In this document: positions 24,040-35,000 of the stretch, piece by piece | How the letters are laid out: every line of letters starts with the position of its first letter | Numbering within the stretch: position 1 is the first letter of the stretch | Assembly: GCF_036321535.1 (NCBI RefSeq) | Contig: NC_087436.1 | Coordinates: 116,872,001 to 116,936,000, forward strand | DNA: 64,000 nt | From: Camelus dromedarius | Taxonomy: Eukaryota | Direction: 5' to 3' | Translations under genes and position numbers: made by a program | The notes under the pieces: generated by a model | Seen by the model: only the letters and a program-made list of their open reading frames with translations | The model's database searches: none | Told to the model about the DNA's origin: nothing

Positions 24040-24500
24040 TCCCCATCCCTCCGACCACGTCCCCCTCCTCCTCTCCCCTCTTGTCCCCGCTCACTGCCCA
24101 CAGGCCTCGGCCTCTGCTGTTGCTCAGATGCTCCAGGCCCACTCCCCACACCTCTTTGCCTTCTCTCTGCTTGAAACCCCCTCCTTCCTGGCAGCCACAG
24201 CACCCACTCCCCGGCTGCCCCGAGGTCCCTGCTTCAACGTCAGCTTGTCATGGGGCCTTTCCTGACTGTCCACACCTCCACACCCTCCAGTCCTGCAGCC
24301 TCATCACGAAATTCCCTTTGCGTTATTTTATGGTTTATTTTCCCCAATTGCTTGCCACCCTCTGACAAATAGGTATATAACTTGTCTCCCCACTCTGTAC
24401 CCTCAAGAGGAGAGGGACTGATCTGCTTTTGGTCACTGCCCTATAGCGTTCAGAGCAGTGCTGGCACGTGTCATGCTCAGGAAGATGTTGGAGTAAGTAT
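24040..24500 (+). mobile_element. L2a 3' region
   Basis: Pyrimidine-rich L2 body ending CTTGTCTCCCCACT...GAGGGACTG...GGTCACTG...CAGTGCTGGCAC...TGCTCAGGAAGATGTTGGAGTAAGT. Confidence 0.65.
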
Positions 24501-25065
24501 TTGTCTCCATATTGTTGTCAGTATATTGCTGGCCTCTTACCACTTGTGAAGGCAAATGGGGCGCGTGCGAGAGAGAGGGAGAAAGAGAGAGAGGAGATAA
24601 TCAGCTGTAACTTAGAAACAGGTGGGCCCCTGAGTGTAACTGGCTCTGCCACTGGATAACTTGTGTTTTTAGAAACTAAAATGATAGCCTCCTTCCTGTA
24701 CAAAGTTTTAGTGAGGCTACTATGAAATTGTACCCTGCAATCTCTAGCGTGCTCAAAGTGACACTTAAGAATAACTGTCACTCATCAGAGGCTGCTCAGA
24801 ATGACTGCTGTGGTTACCTCGCTCCTGGCATACCTGTGCTTATGGTTGATGTAAAGGGATGAATTTTGGGAGGCAGGCTGAGTGTGAAAATGTTTTCAGT
24901 TTAGGCTTGTTATTTGCCAGTTCTGTTGTATTATGTATTGTCGTCAGCATGTGTCTCAAGATAATAGGTCCAGATTTAGCATAAAATTCCCAAGGCCATT
25001 GGAATTTAGTGTAAGTTTGGGACTAGGTTAGTTGAGCCTTAAGTTCATGTATTAATCATGCTTTA

Positions 25066-25091
25066 TGATTTCTTTTTTTTTTCCCCTTTAG
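25066..25091 (+). promoter_or_regulatory. ZNF518B: Splice acceptor of the terminal coding exon (exon starts 25092)
   Basis: Long polypyrimidine tract TTTCTTTTTTTTTTCCCCTTTAG|T, 200 nt upstream of the ORF start. Confidence 0.85.
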
Positions 25092-25229
25092 TGTTGCCTG
25101 GAATATAAGAGAATTGGAAACAGTCGTATTTGGGGATCATTTCCTACTGTGGTGGCTTCTGAAAAAAGATACTTAAGTACACTCCCAGGAAGTCGCTGCT
25201 TCTCCGCCAACTGCACAGTGCACTGAAGG

Positions 25230-25289
25230 ATGCTTGCCGAAGGATTTTATCATGTGAAGTCTTTCTGGATTTCGGTGGACTCTTTCTAG
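25230..25289 (+). other. Upstream ORF, 19 aa (MLAEGFYHVKSFWISVDSF*)
   Basis: ATG at 25230 with A at -3. TAG at 25287-25289 ends 2 nt before the main ATG. It is the first ATG in this exon. Confidence 0.6.
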
Positions 25290-25291
25290 AA

Positions 25292-28200
25292 ATGCAGATA
25301 AAGAAGATGAAGGATATCGGACAGCAGTTGTATACCACACAAGTGAATGACGGACGTAATTCCTTGACCATGTCACCCAAACAGCCTAATGCTAGTCGAG
25401 CGACTCGGCCAGACAGACAAGAAGCTCAGGCTCTTTTGTTTCAGGGCTCGGAGGCCGAGGCTGCCGTGATGACCATCGCTACGTGTGCCAAGTGTCAGAG
25501 TGTGCACAAGCTCCCTCTTCATGATCTGAAGAAGGGCGCTGGGCAGAGCCAGAAGGACGACAAGTACGTTTGCTTCAAGTGCAGCCTCGGTGCGGCTCCC
25601 CAGCATTTTCCTTTTGTGAACAGTAGCCCCGGTGCTGCTCAGATAGGAAATAACCCCGAGCCCATGTCAAGTGCTGTCGGTAACAAATTTAAGGTAAGGA
25701 ACTTTAAGCCAGGTAAATACTATTGTGATAAATGTCGATTTTCCACAAAGGACCCACTGCAGTACAAAAAGCACACACTTCAGCATGAAGAGATTAAATT
25801 CATTTGCTCTCACTGCAGCTACATTTCCTACACGAAAGGGGAGTTTCAGAGGCACTTGGTGAAACATACAGGCATATTCCCTTACCAGTGTGAGTACTGT
25901 GACTACGGCGCTATTAGAAATGACTACATTGTCAAACACAGGAAGAGGGTGCACGAGAAGGCCGGTGGGAAACGGCCGCCCAGAACCGGGGCCAAGCTGG
26001 AGCCAAAGAGAACCAGCGCTTCAAAGCCAAACCTGGAGCTTCTAAAAGCTTCCAGTCCAAGGACTGCGTTTCCAAATAAGTTGTCGGATCAGTTGTCAAG
26101 GTTCTCCCTCCACACGAATAAAGACCGAACGCACAGCATTATGTTGTTCCCTGAATCAAAGGAACACCAGAAGGATGTCGTGTGCGTTCCGAATAAAGCG
26201 AGCCTGTCGGAGTCGAGCGGAGCCAGCCCGTTTGAGAACAGAAGCGTGGAGGTGGAAGTGCTGTGCCCCGCGAGGGAGCCCGTCCAGCCGGGGATGCCGC
26301 TGACCGTCGTGGCGCCAGCAGAGCTGGTGGTCCCTGCGAACTGTTTAGCCCAGTTGATGGACGTGAAGGTTGTCAATGGAACACAGCAGCTTGTTCTGAA
26401 ACTGTTTCCTCTGGAAGAAAATAATTGCCTTGAAGCTGGAGGGGCTGATGGAGGCAGTTCTAAACGTGTGACTAAAGAGAAAAGTTCAAGTGAGCAAGAA
26501 AAAGTGGCTTCTTCTGAACAGACAAAGTCACTGACGATTGACGGGAATGTTGGAAAACTGGCAGGCATTGATAACCTTCAGTCATCAGTTCAGAAACAAC
26601 TTAAAAACGTGAAATGGGTAAGGTCTTACGATTTTCTCATGTCAAATTCTAGTGTGCACAGTGGTGGGGAATCCTTTCTCAACTCTGATATAGTTGAGAA
26701 TTTGCAGAGAAAATGTTACATGTATCCACATAGAACTGCTCTTCCCTCCGTTGCCTTAAAAGGTCATTCTCCATCATCTCTCATAAAGAGCAGTGTTCTA
26801 AGTGGTCTTGGGACCGCATCCACCTCTTTTCCGTACAAAGCTGCCGTTTCTTTTACTGAAGGTAGAAGACATTTACACGGTGACTCACACCAGTTATTTC
26901 CTGTTGCTGCTTCGCCTGCAACCATTTCCTTCTCTGGAGAAAAGGGCTCCCTGCCCTTAAGTAGAACTGAGCTGGAACCTAGACGTGAGGTCAGCATCCC
27001 TGTGAAGATGGTCCCCTCCAGCCGGAAGCTGAAAGCCCACCAGACACAGGAGCACAGGGCGGTCCCAGCTGCGGCCCAGGCCTCCTCCCAGCGCACCGGT
27101 GAGTGTTTGCACATAAACATAACGGGAGAAGACGGAATCGGGTCTCAGCAGCCCGGGGGCGAACCGCGGGAACTACAGAGTTCCGAAAGGACTAAGGACG
27201 CCTTCGACGGCCCAGTCATCTCCTCAGTGTTTTCTCTGAGCTCGGGGTCTGAGAACGTCCCTGAGGGCATTAAGTGGAATAGTTCGACGTCTAAAATAAA
27301 GTCAATTGAACTCTTGCGCAGAAAGATAGCTCAGCTGATTGAGTCCTGTGGCAGGCCTTCATCTTTGGCCGCAAACAGCGCACATCTTCATTCTGTGGGG
27401 AAGGCATCCAAGGCCACTTCAAAAGCCACCCCTGAAGGTATTCAAGAAATTAACATGTCATTCACTGGCGCTGGCTATTCCACGGGCACCCTCCAGAAAC
27501 CTCAGGATGACGGTAGGGTTAATGGACAGCTTACTCGTCAGCAGGTGTATCCACAGTTTGTGGAAGGCGGCAGTGGGAAAGCCGACAGCAGAGTAACCAG
27601 GAAGCCACACGTGGCTACTCCAGTACTGATCTCCAAAGGGGCTGTGTTGAGGGTTCTTAATTCCTCCGAGAATTCCCACATTATAGAGGCCACATGTGAA
27701 GCACCTGTCAGCGTCCCTTGCAATGAGACACAGGTAATCAAACCCGCTCCGTTCTGTCCGGTGAAGCAGACAGACTCAGACGTGCAGTCTTTGACGAATG
27801 AAAGCGGGCCAGTAGACCTGTCCCAAACTCCTGATGTGTCTCTTCGGCCTAAATCAAGAAAAGAGACTGCTCATTGTAGCGCCCTGTCTAAAAGACCCGG
27901 ACCCCTGCATGGACAGCAAGGAAGCGGTGAAGTGAGTAAGCAAGGGAAACTGTTGTCCAGGAGTCTTCCTATAAGTAAAAATAAAGCCAAACAAGTAAAC
28001 TCATCCAAGAGGAAAAGCAGACTTCAGGCTGATGCCAGCCGCTGCCTCAAGGATCCTTCCATCTTTCAGGTTGCCAGACAGCTTCGACTGATTGCAGCTA
28101 AACCAGACCAGCTGATCAAATGCCCACGGCGCAACCAGCCTGTCATTGTGTTAAACCACCCTGACGTTGACTCACCGGAAGTGTCCAACGTGATGAAGGT

Positions 28201-28540
28201 CATCAACAAGTACAAGGGCAATGTCCTGAAGGTGGTCCTGTCGGAGCGGACCCGGTGCCAGCTGGGCATCAGGCGGCATCACGTCCGGCTCACCTACCAG
28301 AACGCGGAGGAGGCCAGTCAGGTCAGAAGGCAAATGATGCTGAAAATGAAGCTTAAAAAAGTGCATAAAAACAACTACCAGGTGGTGGATTCCTTGCCTG
28401 ATGACTCATCGCAGTGTATATTTAAGTGCTGGTTCTGTGGGCGGCTCTACGAAGACCAGGAAGAGTGGATGAGTCACGGCCAGCGGCACCTGATAGAAGC
28501 CACGAGAGACTGGGACATCCTTTCCTCCAAGGGCGAATGA
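25292..28540 (+). CDS. ZNF518B: Zinc finger protein 518B, single coding exon, 1082 aa (1077 aa if initiation is at the second ATG, 25307, MKDIGQQLY)
   Basis: Intact 3249-nt ORF. Three tandem C2H2 fingers (YYCDKC...HTLQH, FICSHC...HLVKH, YQCEYC...HRKRVH), a C-terminal finger FKCWFC...HGQRH and ZNF518-family motifs PVISSVFSLS and CPRRNQPVIVLNHPD. N-terminus MKDIGQQLYTT recognised as ZNF518B. Confidence 0.97.
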   Translation: MQIKKMKDIGQQLYTTQVNDGRNSLTMSPKQPNASRATRPDRQEAQALLFQGSEAEAAVMTIATCAKCQSVHKLPLHDLKKGAGQSQKDDKYVCFKCSLGAAPQHFPFVNSSPGAAQIGNNPEPMSSAVGNKFKVRNFKPGKYYCDKCRFSTKDPLQYKKHTLQHEEIKFICSHCSYISYTKGEFQRHLVKHTGIFPYQCEYCDYGAIRNDYIVKHRKRVHEKAGGKRPPRTGAKLEPKRTSASKPNLELLKASSPRTAFPNKLSDQLSRFSLHTNKDRTHSIMLFPESKEHQKDVVCVPNKASLSESSGASPFENRSVEVEVLCPAREPVQPGMPLTVVAPAELVVPANCLAQLMDVKVVNGTQQLVLKLFPLEENNCLEAGGADGGSSKRVTKEKSSSEQEKVASSEQTKSLTIDGNVGKLAGIDNLQSSVQKQLKNVKWVRSYDFLMSNSSVHSGGESFLNSDIVENLQRKCYMYPHRTALPSVALKGHSPSSLIKSSVLSGLGTASTSFPYKAAVSFTEGRRHLHGDSHQLFPVAASPATISFSGEKGSLPLSRTELEPRREVSIPVKMVPSSRKLKAHQTQEHRAVPAAAQASSQRTGECLHINITGEDGIGSQQPGGEPRELQSSERTKDAFDGPVISSVFSLSSGSENVPEGIKWNSSTSKIKSIELLRRKIAQLIESCGRPSSLAANSAHLHSVGKASKATSKATPEGIQEINMSFTGAGYSTGTLQKPQDDGRVNGQLTRQQVYPQFVEGGSGKADSRVTRKPHVATPVLISKGAVLRVLNSSENSHIIEATCEAPVSVPCNETQVIKPAPFCPVKQTDSDVQSLTNESGPVDLSQTPDVSLRPKSRKETAHCSALSKRPGPLHGQQGSGEVSKQGKLLSRSLPISKNKAKQVNSSKRKSRLQADASRCLKDPSIFQVARQLRLIAAKPDQLIKCPRRNQPVIVLNHPDVDSPEVSNVMKVINKYKGNVLKVVLSERTRCQLGIRRHHVRLTYQNAEEASQVRRQMMLKMKLKKVHKNNYQVVDSLPDDSSQCIFKCWFCGRLYEDQEEWMSHGQRHLIEATRDWDILSSKGE

Positions 28541-31500
28541 GCGAAAAGGTGGTCTTCGGAGCAAAGTGTTCTTACCTTCAGTTTATTCTGGTTGGGCTGT
28601 TTGGTTTGCTTTCCCTCCCTGACTCAACAGGAGGAGGACAGAATGCCAGGAGGGGCGGCTGGTTCATCCTTCGGGTCCTGGGATGTTGAGAGCCGGGCGT
28701 CGGCCCGGGACCGTGGCGACCGCAGCCCCTGAAGGAGTTACGCACAAGTTCACAAACATGCATTTTTCTGAAGAGAAGTGAAACTCTCAGCAGATTTTTT
28801 AGTGGGATCTGAGACTTTCCTTCGGTCAGCACCCTTCTCCTGAGTAGATGAAAATCTTTTCTGATCCATTCAGGGGGACGAGTTCAGGGTGTTCTATTCG
28901 TGCGCCTTGTGGAACAAATGCTACTGAAGAACTAAACCCATGTCTGGGTGTGCACCTCCACTTTTTCTTTTCTTTTTTTTTTTTTTGCATTAACTCATCT
29001 CCCGAATATTTGGTACATAATGGAAATTCTGTCTTCTACTTTGTTACCTTAAGTTTGGTTATAGAAAAGTGGCCATTCTGGTCCCTCACCCACTCTGCAG
29101 TGTTCCTGAGTGTTCTCTACAAACAGATTTGTGCTTTCATTGACACTTTTAAAAAATGATTCCCAGTGGTTTGCCTGAACTTACTGCAACAGCAGGTGTT
29201 AGGGGAAGAAAGAAACATTTTCAGGCCTTTGCTTTCTTTTTAAACACCTTGATTTATGACAGTTGGGGAGGGAGTGTGCCTTTTTGCCAAAAAAAAAAAA
29301 GGAAAAGTAGAAATAGTCACTGAGGGAAAATATATAAAACTGTCTCCTGTTTTCCCCAGCACTGCCACAAAAGACAAGTAAGTAACCAACCTAAAATGTG
29401 GGTGAACAGGCTTCTTACAGCATCGGCAGAATTTGGGGAAACAGTTCAAAACAGGATGGTGAGGAGAGCTGTGGCTTTAATGGAACTTTTGGTTTTCATT
29501 TGGGAAAACGCAGACCGTGGGTGGGGGCTGCCCACTCTTCCTCCGTCGCTGGTGGACCACAGACACTGCTCCCCAGGCCAGAGCCTCTTCTCCCTTTGCC
29601 TTGAGGCCACTTAAGGTTTTCCGTCATGAAAATAGTAAAATCAGGCAGGAATCAACAGGATGGGACCCGCCCATATCCCTGGCTTTCATTGATGGCAACG
29701 GTCTGCTTCTGACTCGTCTGAGTCGCAGCCATGGTTTCCCTGTTGATCACCTTGTCTCAGAAGCAGCACGGAGATGAGTAACCCTCCTGCTGCCCCCAAC
29801 AGCGGAGGTCAGGACCCGTGCTTGTCTCTAGTCCTCGGTGTGCAGTAGGCAGAAACCTGCCCTCTGCACCGTCTCCTGGCAGGCGTAGCCCGGGCTGGAT
29901 CTAGTCCGCACTTTCCCACTCAGCCGGGAGCCAGCCATCATGCAGAACACAGACGGCCCAGCCACGAGGCAGAGCGGCCCTTTCGGGGACTCCTTCCTCA
30001 GAACCAAGCGCAGTGAGTGGATCCAGCGCTGTTACACATGTGAAAAGGGCATGAGGGCGACTTCTGTTGTGTGGGGTAGCTGGTGGGAGACTTCCTGATT
30101 CTTTTTCCATGTGGGAAAGTCTTAGCTTACCCTCTGGTACATGGGATTGTCATTCTTTGTAGTTGGTTCTCATTACAGATAATCAGCATGGCTTGTGTAT
30201 ACTTCGTTACATAATCATTAAGTTGATTAGTTTGTATTGAAATTTAAAACTTGGGTTTTTTATATGTGTATATATGTACACATATAAATATTTTTTACCA
30301 TATAAAACTGCAGTAGCTAATTTTTCGATTTCCTATTTTATAATGAAATTATGTGGGCTGGAAAAATACAAAACATTTTATATTCTAGAAGTAATTTATT
30401 TTGGAAGTACATTTTTATAATGGTCTGATCTCATTTTTAGACAATGAAAGCACAGTGAGTGATGGGTCTGATTTATACGAACAAATGGGAGCGGAAACCC
30501 CTGTGGATCATTGCAGTACAGTATTTGGTCCCTGCACATTTCTCGCTGGTGCTTTTTGGGAAATGGATTGTGTGCACCACTTCACTACATAAAGCAGAGC
30601 GTTCTCAAGTTTCATCCATGCAAAGATGCGCCCCCCCGCCCAGCATGAAAGAAGGCTCTTAAGACTCGGAGAGAAGAAAAGGCTGTGATTTATTCTTTCT
30701 CTCCTTCTATACCTCACTGCTTAGTAGCACCTTTCCTGAAAGGCTGGACCATGACCTTTCAGGAAAGATCATGAATCAGGTCAGAGTGTTAAATGTCCAC
30801 GTGAAATATTTACACTTTGCAGCATCTACTCGAAATTTTCAAGTATTACCTAAAACTCAGCGTATGTACTTGTACAGAGATAAATTTTGTGAGTAGAATA
30901 TGTAGTTAAGCTTTTTGAGATTTTCAGAACTACAGTGCGTTTTAAGGAGTTAGGGCTCCTGGAAGTCAAAAAATGAGAAAGCAAAAAATGCCTGTCTTCC
31001 CTATAGAAAGAACTTTAGAATATAGCTTAACATGTAGGTAAATGTCATGAAACGAACACATTCTAACAAAATAGGAGAAGGAGGGGCAGAAGTGTCCTGA
31101 GTGTTTGTGTACTTTCTTACCTTGATTTTGAAGGACCTCCACTCACTAAATGTTATTCATAGTACCTACTACTAAAATCATCTTTAATTTATTTTTTAAA
31201 GTTTTTTTTTTATTTTGGGGGATCAATAATGAGACGATCTTGTTATATTTATGATACCACAGAGTGGAAAAAAACTTTTTTTTAAGTATACTCAGATAGG
31301 TTCTGTTTTACTCAAATTTTTATCCCCAGTCTGGAACACTTTGTGAGCCCCTCTTCTGGGCCAAGTGCTGTTTGTTGAGCTAAACTGAACACAGTGTAGT
31401 AATTAACCCTCAAAAGTCGCACCCCTCTTTCTCTAGGACATACTGTGTAAGCCATCCCAGGAGATGAAGACACGATGCTGCTCAGCCTTGGAATGCTTGT

Positions 31501-31680
31501 TGAATCTGGTAAATGTCAGTATGAGCAGAAAGCAAAACATTGCATAACATGTTTCAAGCATTATTATAAAGTCCCGTGTTAACAGTTTGTGTCTGCTGCT
31601 CTGATTTTGAAACACGTTTGTATATAGATAGAGAAGTTGGCGTAAATTTTGTTAAATAAAGCAACTATAAAATTTTCTCT
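28541..31680 (+). other. ZNF518B: ZNF518B 3' UTR (~3.1 kb)
   Basis: Repeat-poor, partly AU-rich sequence from the stop codon to the AATAAA at 31655. Confidence 0.7.
31655..31660 (+). terminator. ZNF518B: Polyadenylation signal AATAAA of ZNF518B
   Basis: Canonical hexamer with upstream TGTA (31619) and a U-rich downstream element (TTTTCTCTGTCCTTTCATTT). Confidence 0.75.
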
Positions 31681-32776
31681 GTCCTTTCATTTCGAATGTT
31701 AAGTGCATTGGCACGTAGCCTGTCTTGTGCAATACGTTTCTGAGCCAGGTAAAGGCATCACTCTGCACAGTGCAGGTGCTCTGACGTCTGCGAGGGTGTA
31801 TTTTGAATTAGATGCACTGCTCGTTAATCAAGCATTCCCTGAAATGAGGCCAGTTTGTTTTGTTCTGCTTTGGCTTAAATTCTTCACAAGAAATGCTGGT
31901 TTGGGCAGCAGTGGCAGTTTTCATACTATGGTCAGTGACATCAGGGAATGCGTGTGGGTCCCTGAGCTGCCCTCCGGCGTGCCCTTTCAGCTGGGAGTGC
32001 GGCTGGGCTGCAGGGGCTTCTAGGCGGTCAGCGGGCCTGCTGGGCCCTGTGGGCATGGCCGCAGAGCTGGTGCTCTATCCAGATACAGCAGAGCCTTTAC
32101 ATCTGCTCCTGCCCACACGCGGGAAGGAAGGGTCAGGATGTTTGGCGAGGGGGCTTAATTCCCTCATCTCCTTCCCGGCACGCAAGGAGTCAAAAAGACA
32201 AGAGACTTGGACTTGAATATTAGCAGACCTTAAGGAAAGCAGGAGATGTGAGTTGCTCAGTTCATCAGTTTGGCTTATTTATGATCTGGCTTGAGTTGAG
32301 TCATCCTCTCATCCTATAGATCTAGTCTAATAAGTTGTCACCTTGGCTGGTGCTTAGGGGAGAGTAGAGATAAGGCAGCAGAAGCCTGAAGAGGGATTTA
32401 ATCAGGCCTGGACCTCCAGGGCTGGTTGCAGTGTGACTGGAATAGGGCGCCTGGGCAGAAACTGACTTCGAGGCCAGAAAGGCCCAAAACAGCAGCCACT
32501 AGTCCACCTTCTATCGTTAAGAAAACCTAAGCCCAGAAAGATTAATAACAATGGATTTCCATGAAGGTTTCCGTGAAGATGAGGGAAGTAGTGGCTAGCC
32601 CAGTGTTCTGGCAGGAAGCACCGTGGTGGCTCCCTGCATCTGTAAGGCTCTTCCCTTACGATGTGGAGAGCCTTTTGTTCCCAGGCTGCGTGCAGCACGA
32701 GTTGCCTTCCTAAGCTTCCAACACTCATCAGACACATTAGCTGGGAGGAGGTGTCATACTTGGAGTTAGCCTAGAG

Positions 32777-33227
32777 CAGTGCTCTCCAATAGGAACACAC
32801 AATCCCTCTGCGTGGCCTAGACGCCTGGTAGTCGCATTTAAGAGTAAAATGCAGATGAGAGCAAATGTTTTATTTGACCCAATACATCTAAAATATGATC
32901 TAAGCATTTTTCAGCCAACAGAAAATCTACTTAGACACTTTTTGTGTATAAACACTGTATGTGTGTATGTGTGAATATATAAATACATACACACTTAAAA
33001 TGTCCTGAAATCTGTATATTTTAAAGATAAAGCATGTCTCCATTTTGATGCTAAATTTTCAGCTATAATGAGCTGTAGTCCTACCAAGACACTAAAGCTG
33101 TGCTTAGTAGCAAGACTTTTACACTGCTTCAGTTTTTTTAATGAAATTAAAAATTCATTTCTTCCTGGCCACATTTGCAGTGTCCGTGACCCTTATGTGC
33201 CCAGTGTTTATGATACTGAAGAGGCGA
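32777..33227. mobile_element. MER33/Charlie1-family hAT element
   Basis: CAGTGCTCTCCAATAG terminus, TTTTATTTGACCCAATACATCTAAAATAT, and GGCCACATTTGCAGTG. Confidence 0.7.
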
Positions 33228-33469
33228 GGACAAGGATAAACGTCCTGTATTGTAAGTATTACAGTACTTAACTTGTCCTGGCCTCCGAACGGGGGAATCG
33301 GATGTCGCCTGTCTCTGTATCTAAGGCTAGGCAGGCTAGGCGAGGTTTCACACTCACATTTAGGGAACGCCAGTTCTGTGCGGTTTCTGTATTAATGCCC
33401 AGCAAGCTGCTCCATTTCTAGATCTATCTGTACCTTAAAGAAATAGTTGCACATGCGACTTTTTGAGGT

Positions 33470-33760
33470 TATCACTTACTTTGCAGCTTTCGTTGGTCAA
33501 CCAAGCAGAAGTGCATTTCTCATCCACACCATGTCCACAGTCTGCGGGAGGGTCCCCTTGTAGCTGCGCCATCCGAACCCCTTGGGCTTTTCCATCCCTG
33601 TGATGGAGGGAAGCAGTGAGAGGGCCCAGCACAGGTGGGAAACAACACACCACCCTTCCGCTCACAACCCACTGCCCAGAGGTGGTCACACAGCCTTCCA
33701 AAGGGGCTATGCAGCCCGCGGTCTGGGCGGAGAACAGAACAGCCTGCCACCCGCTGGCGA
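33470..33760 (-). mobile_element. MLT1H/I-like MaLR LTR fragment
   Basis: CACCCTTCCGCTCACAACCCACTGCCCAGAGGTGGTCACACAGCC. Confidence 0.55.
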
Positions 33761-34794
33761 CGTCTGACACGCTGCACCGCAGGGTGAGCACCGGAGGGGC
33801 GGCCCATGTGGAAAGCAAGCTGCCAACCTGACGGTTGTGAAATGGTGACAGTCCTCTAAGAGTTGGGGAAGACACGGAGAAACAGGAAGCTCAGCATACA
33901 ATGTGGCAATAGCTAGACTCAGAGAAGCAATGCACCGGTTTTGTTTGCGTTTGCCTGATTTCTGGTGAGATACGATACTTCCGCAAGGGTTTATTGGACA
34001 TTTTAATTTTCCACGTATGAACTGCATTGTCCATTTTACCATTGAACTATTTAAGTTTTTAAAAGAAAATACAGACACAAAAATCCATAAAGAAAAAATT
34101 TTTTTCCTTTAGGTTTGGTGCTTCTGGTGCTTTATTTTAGAAACCCTCCCCTACCTTGAGGTCAAAAGATAGTCATATTATTAAATTTAATGTTAAAAAT
34201 AAACTTCCATACAATAGTGAACATAATAAAATACAAGCTGTCAGTTACAGGCTTTGTAAAAATGTTTTTCAAAAAGATCTGGGTCCAATTTTTTTTATGT
34301 GAAACAATACCTAAGTCATATGAGGTTCATATCCTCAGCAAAGTCAGTTCCAGGTGAATTACTAACTCAGGTGTCCTAATACCCGTTACTGGAGAGTCTG
34401 TGTCTCCAATACTCAGGTTCCGTCCTGGGTGGCTCTCCTGCTGGGCCCGTGCTGGTGCACCGCACTGTTCATCGTGATTCTTCTTCACAGTTAGTTCTGA
34501 GGAGATGGTGTACCTTCGACAGAGGCACACACAAAATGAGAAGAGCCTTCCTAGCAGGTGGCCTAAAGCTGCAGTAATGGTCTTGGTTGTTCTTGGCTGT
34601 TGGCTATTCCCTATGCATTTTAAACCTAACGCATCAACCCCGGTCAGTCTCAATCCCTGAGAGTTCGATTGGAGAAGCATAGAGCATACAGGTGCATTTG
34701 AGGAAAAAGTGGCATCAGTGGTAACCTTGCTACCATTTAGACTGATAATTGGCTTGAAAATGTAAGAGAAATCCAGTTGTGCTGGACGATAATG

Positions 34795-34796
<2 letters not shown>

Positions 34797-34860
<64 letters not shown>
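34797..34860. repeat. (AT)32 microsatellite at the SINE tail
   Basis: Perfect run, counted directly. Confidence 0.97.
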
Positions 34861-34863
<3 letters not shown>

Positions 34864-35000
34864 AATTTTTTTGGTGGGAAGAGGTAATTAGATTTACTCA
34901 CTCATTTATTTATTCTTGGAGGGACGTACTGGGGATTGAACCCAGGAGCTCATGCATGCTAAGCATGCACTCTACCACCTGAGCTATACCCTCCCCTCCA
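34861..35000 (-). mobile_element. tRNA-Ala-derived SINE, camelid Vic-1-like
   Basis: Minus strand reads GGGGAGGGTATAGCTCAGGTGGTAGAGTGCATGCTTAGCATGCATGAGCTCCTGGGTTCAATCCCCAGTAC... Box A at 34975-34986, box B at 34932-34942. Flanking direct repeat ATAATGTT at 34789-34796 and 35001-35008. Confidence 0.85.

Noticed and set aside
25373..28366. Several antisense or alternate-frame ORFs inside the ZNF518B CDS
   Set aside because: Shadow ORFs of a long coding exon with no independent signals.
29908..31446. miRNA seed matches in the 3' UTR (GCACTTT 29908, TGGTGCT 30547, TACCTCA 30710, ATACTGT 31440)
   Set aside because: Single 7-mers are expected by chance in 3 kb and cannot be supported without conservation data.
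34925..34996. tRNA-Ala-like sequence as a real tRNA gene
   Set aside because: Carries a SINE body, tail and TSD, and the acceptor stem is imperfect. It is a SINE head.
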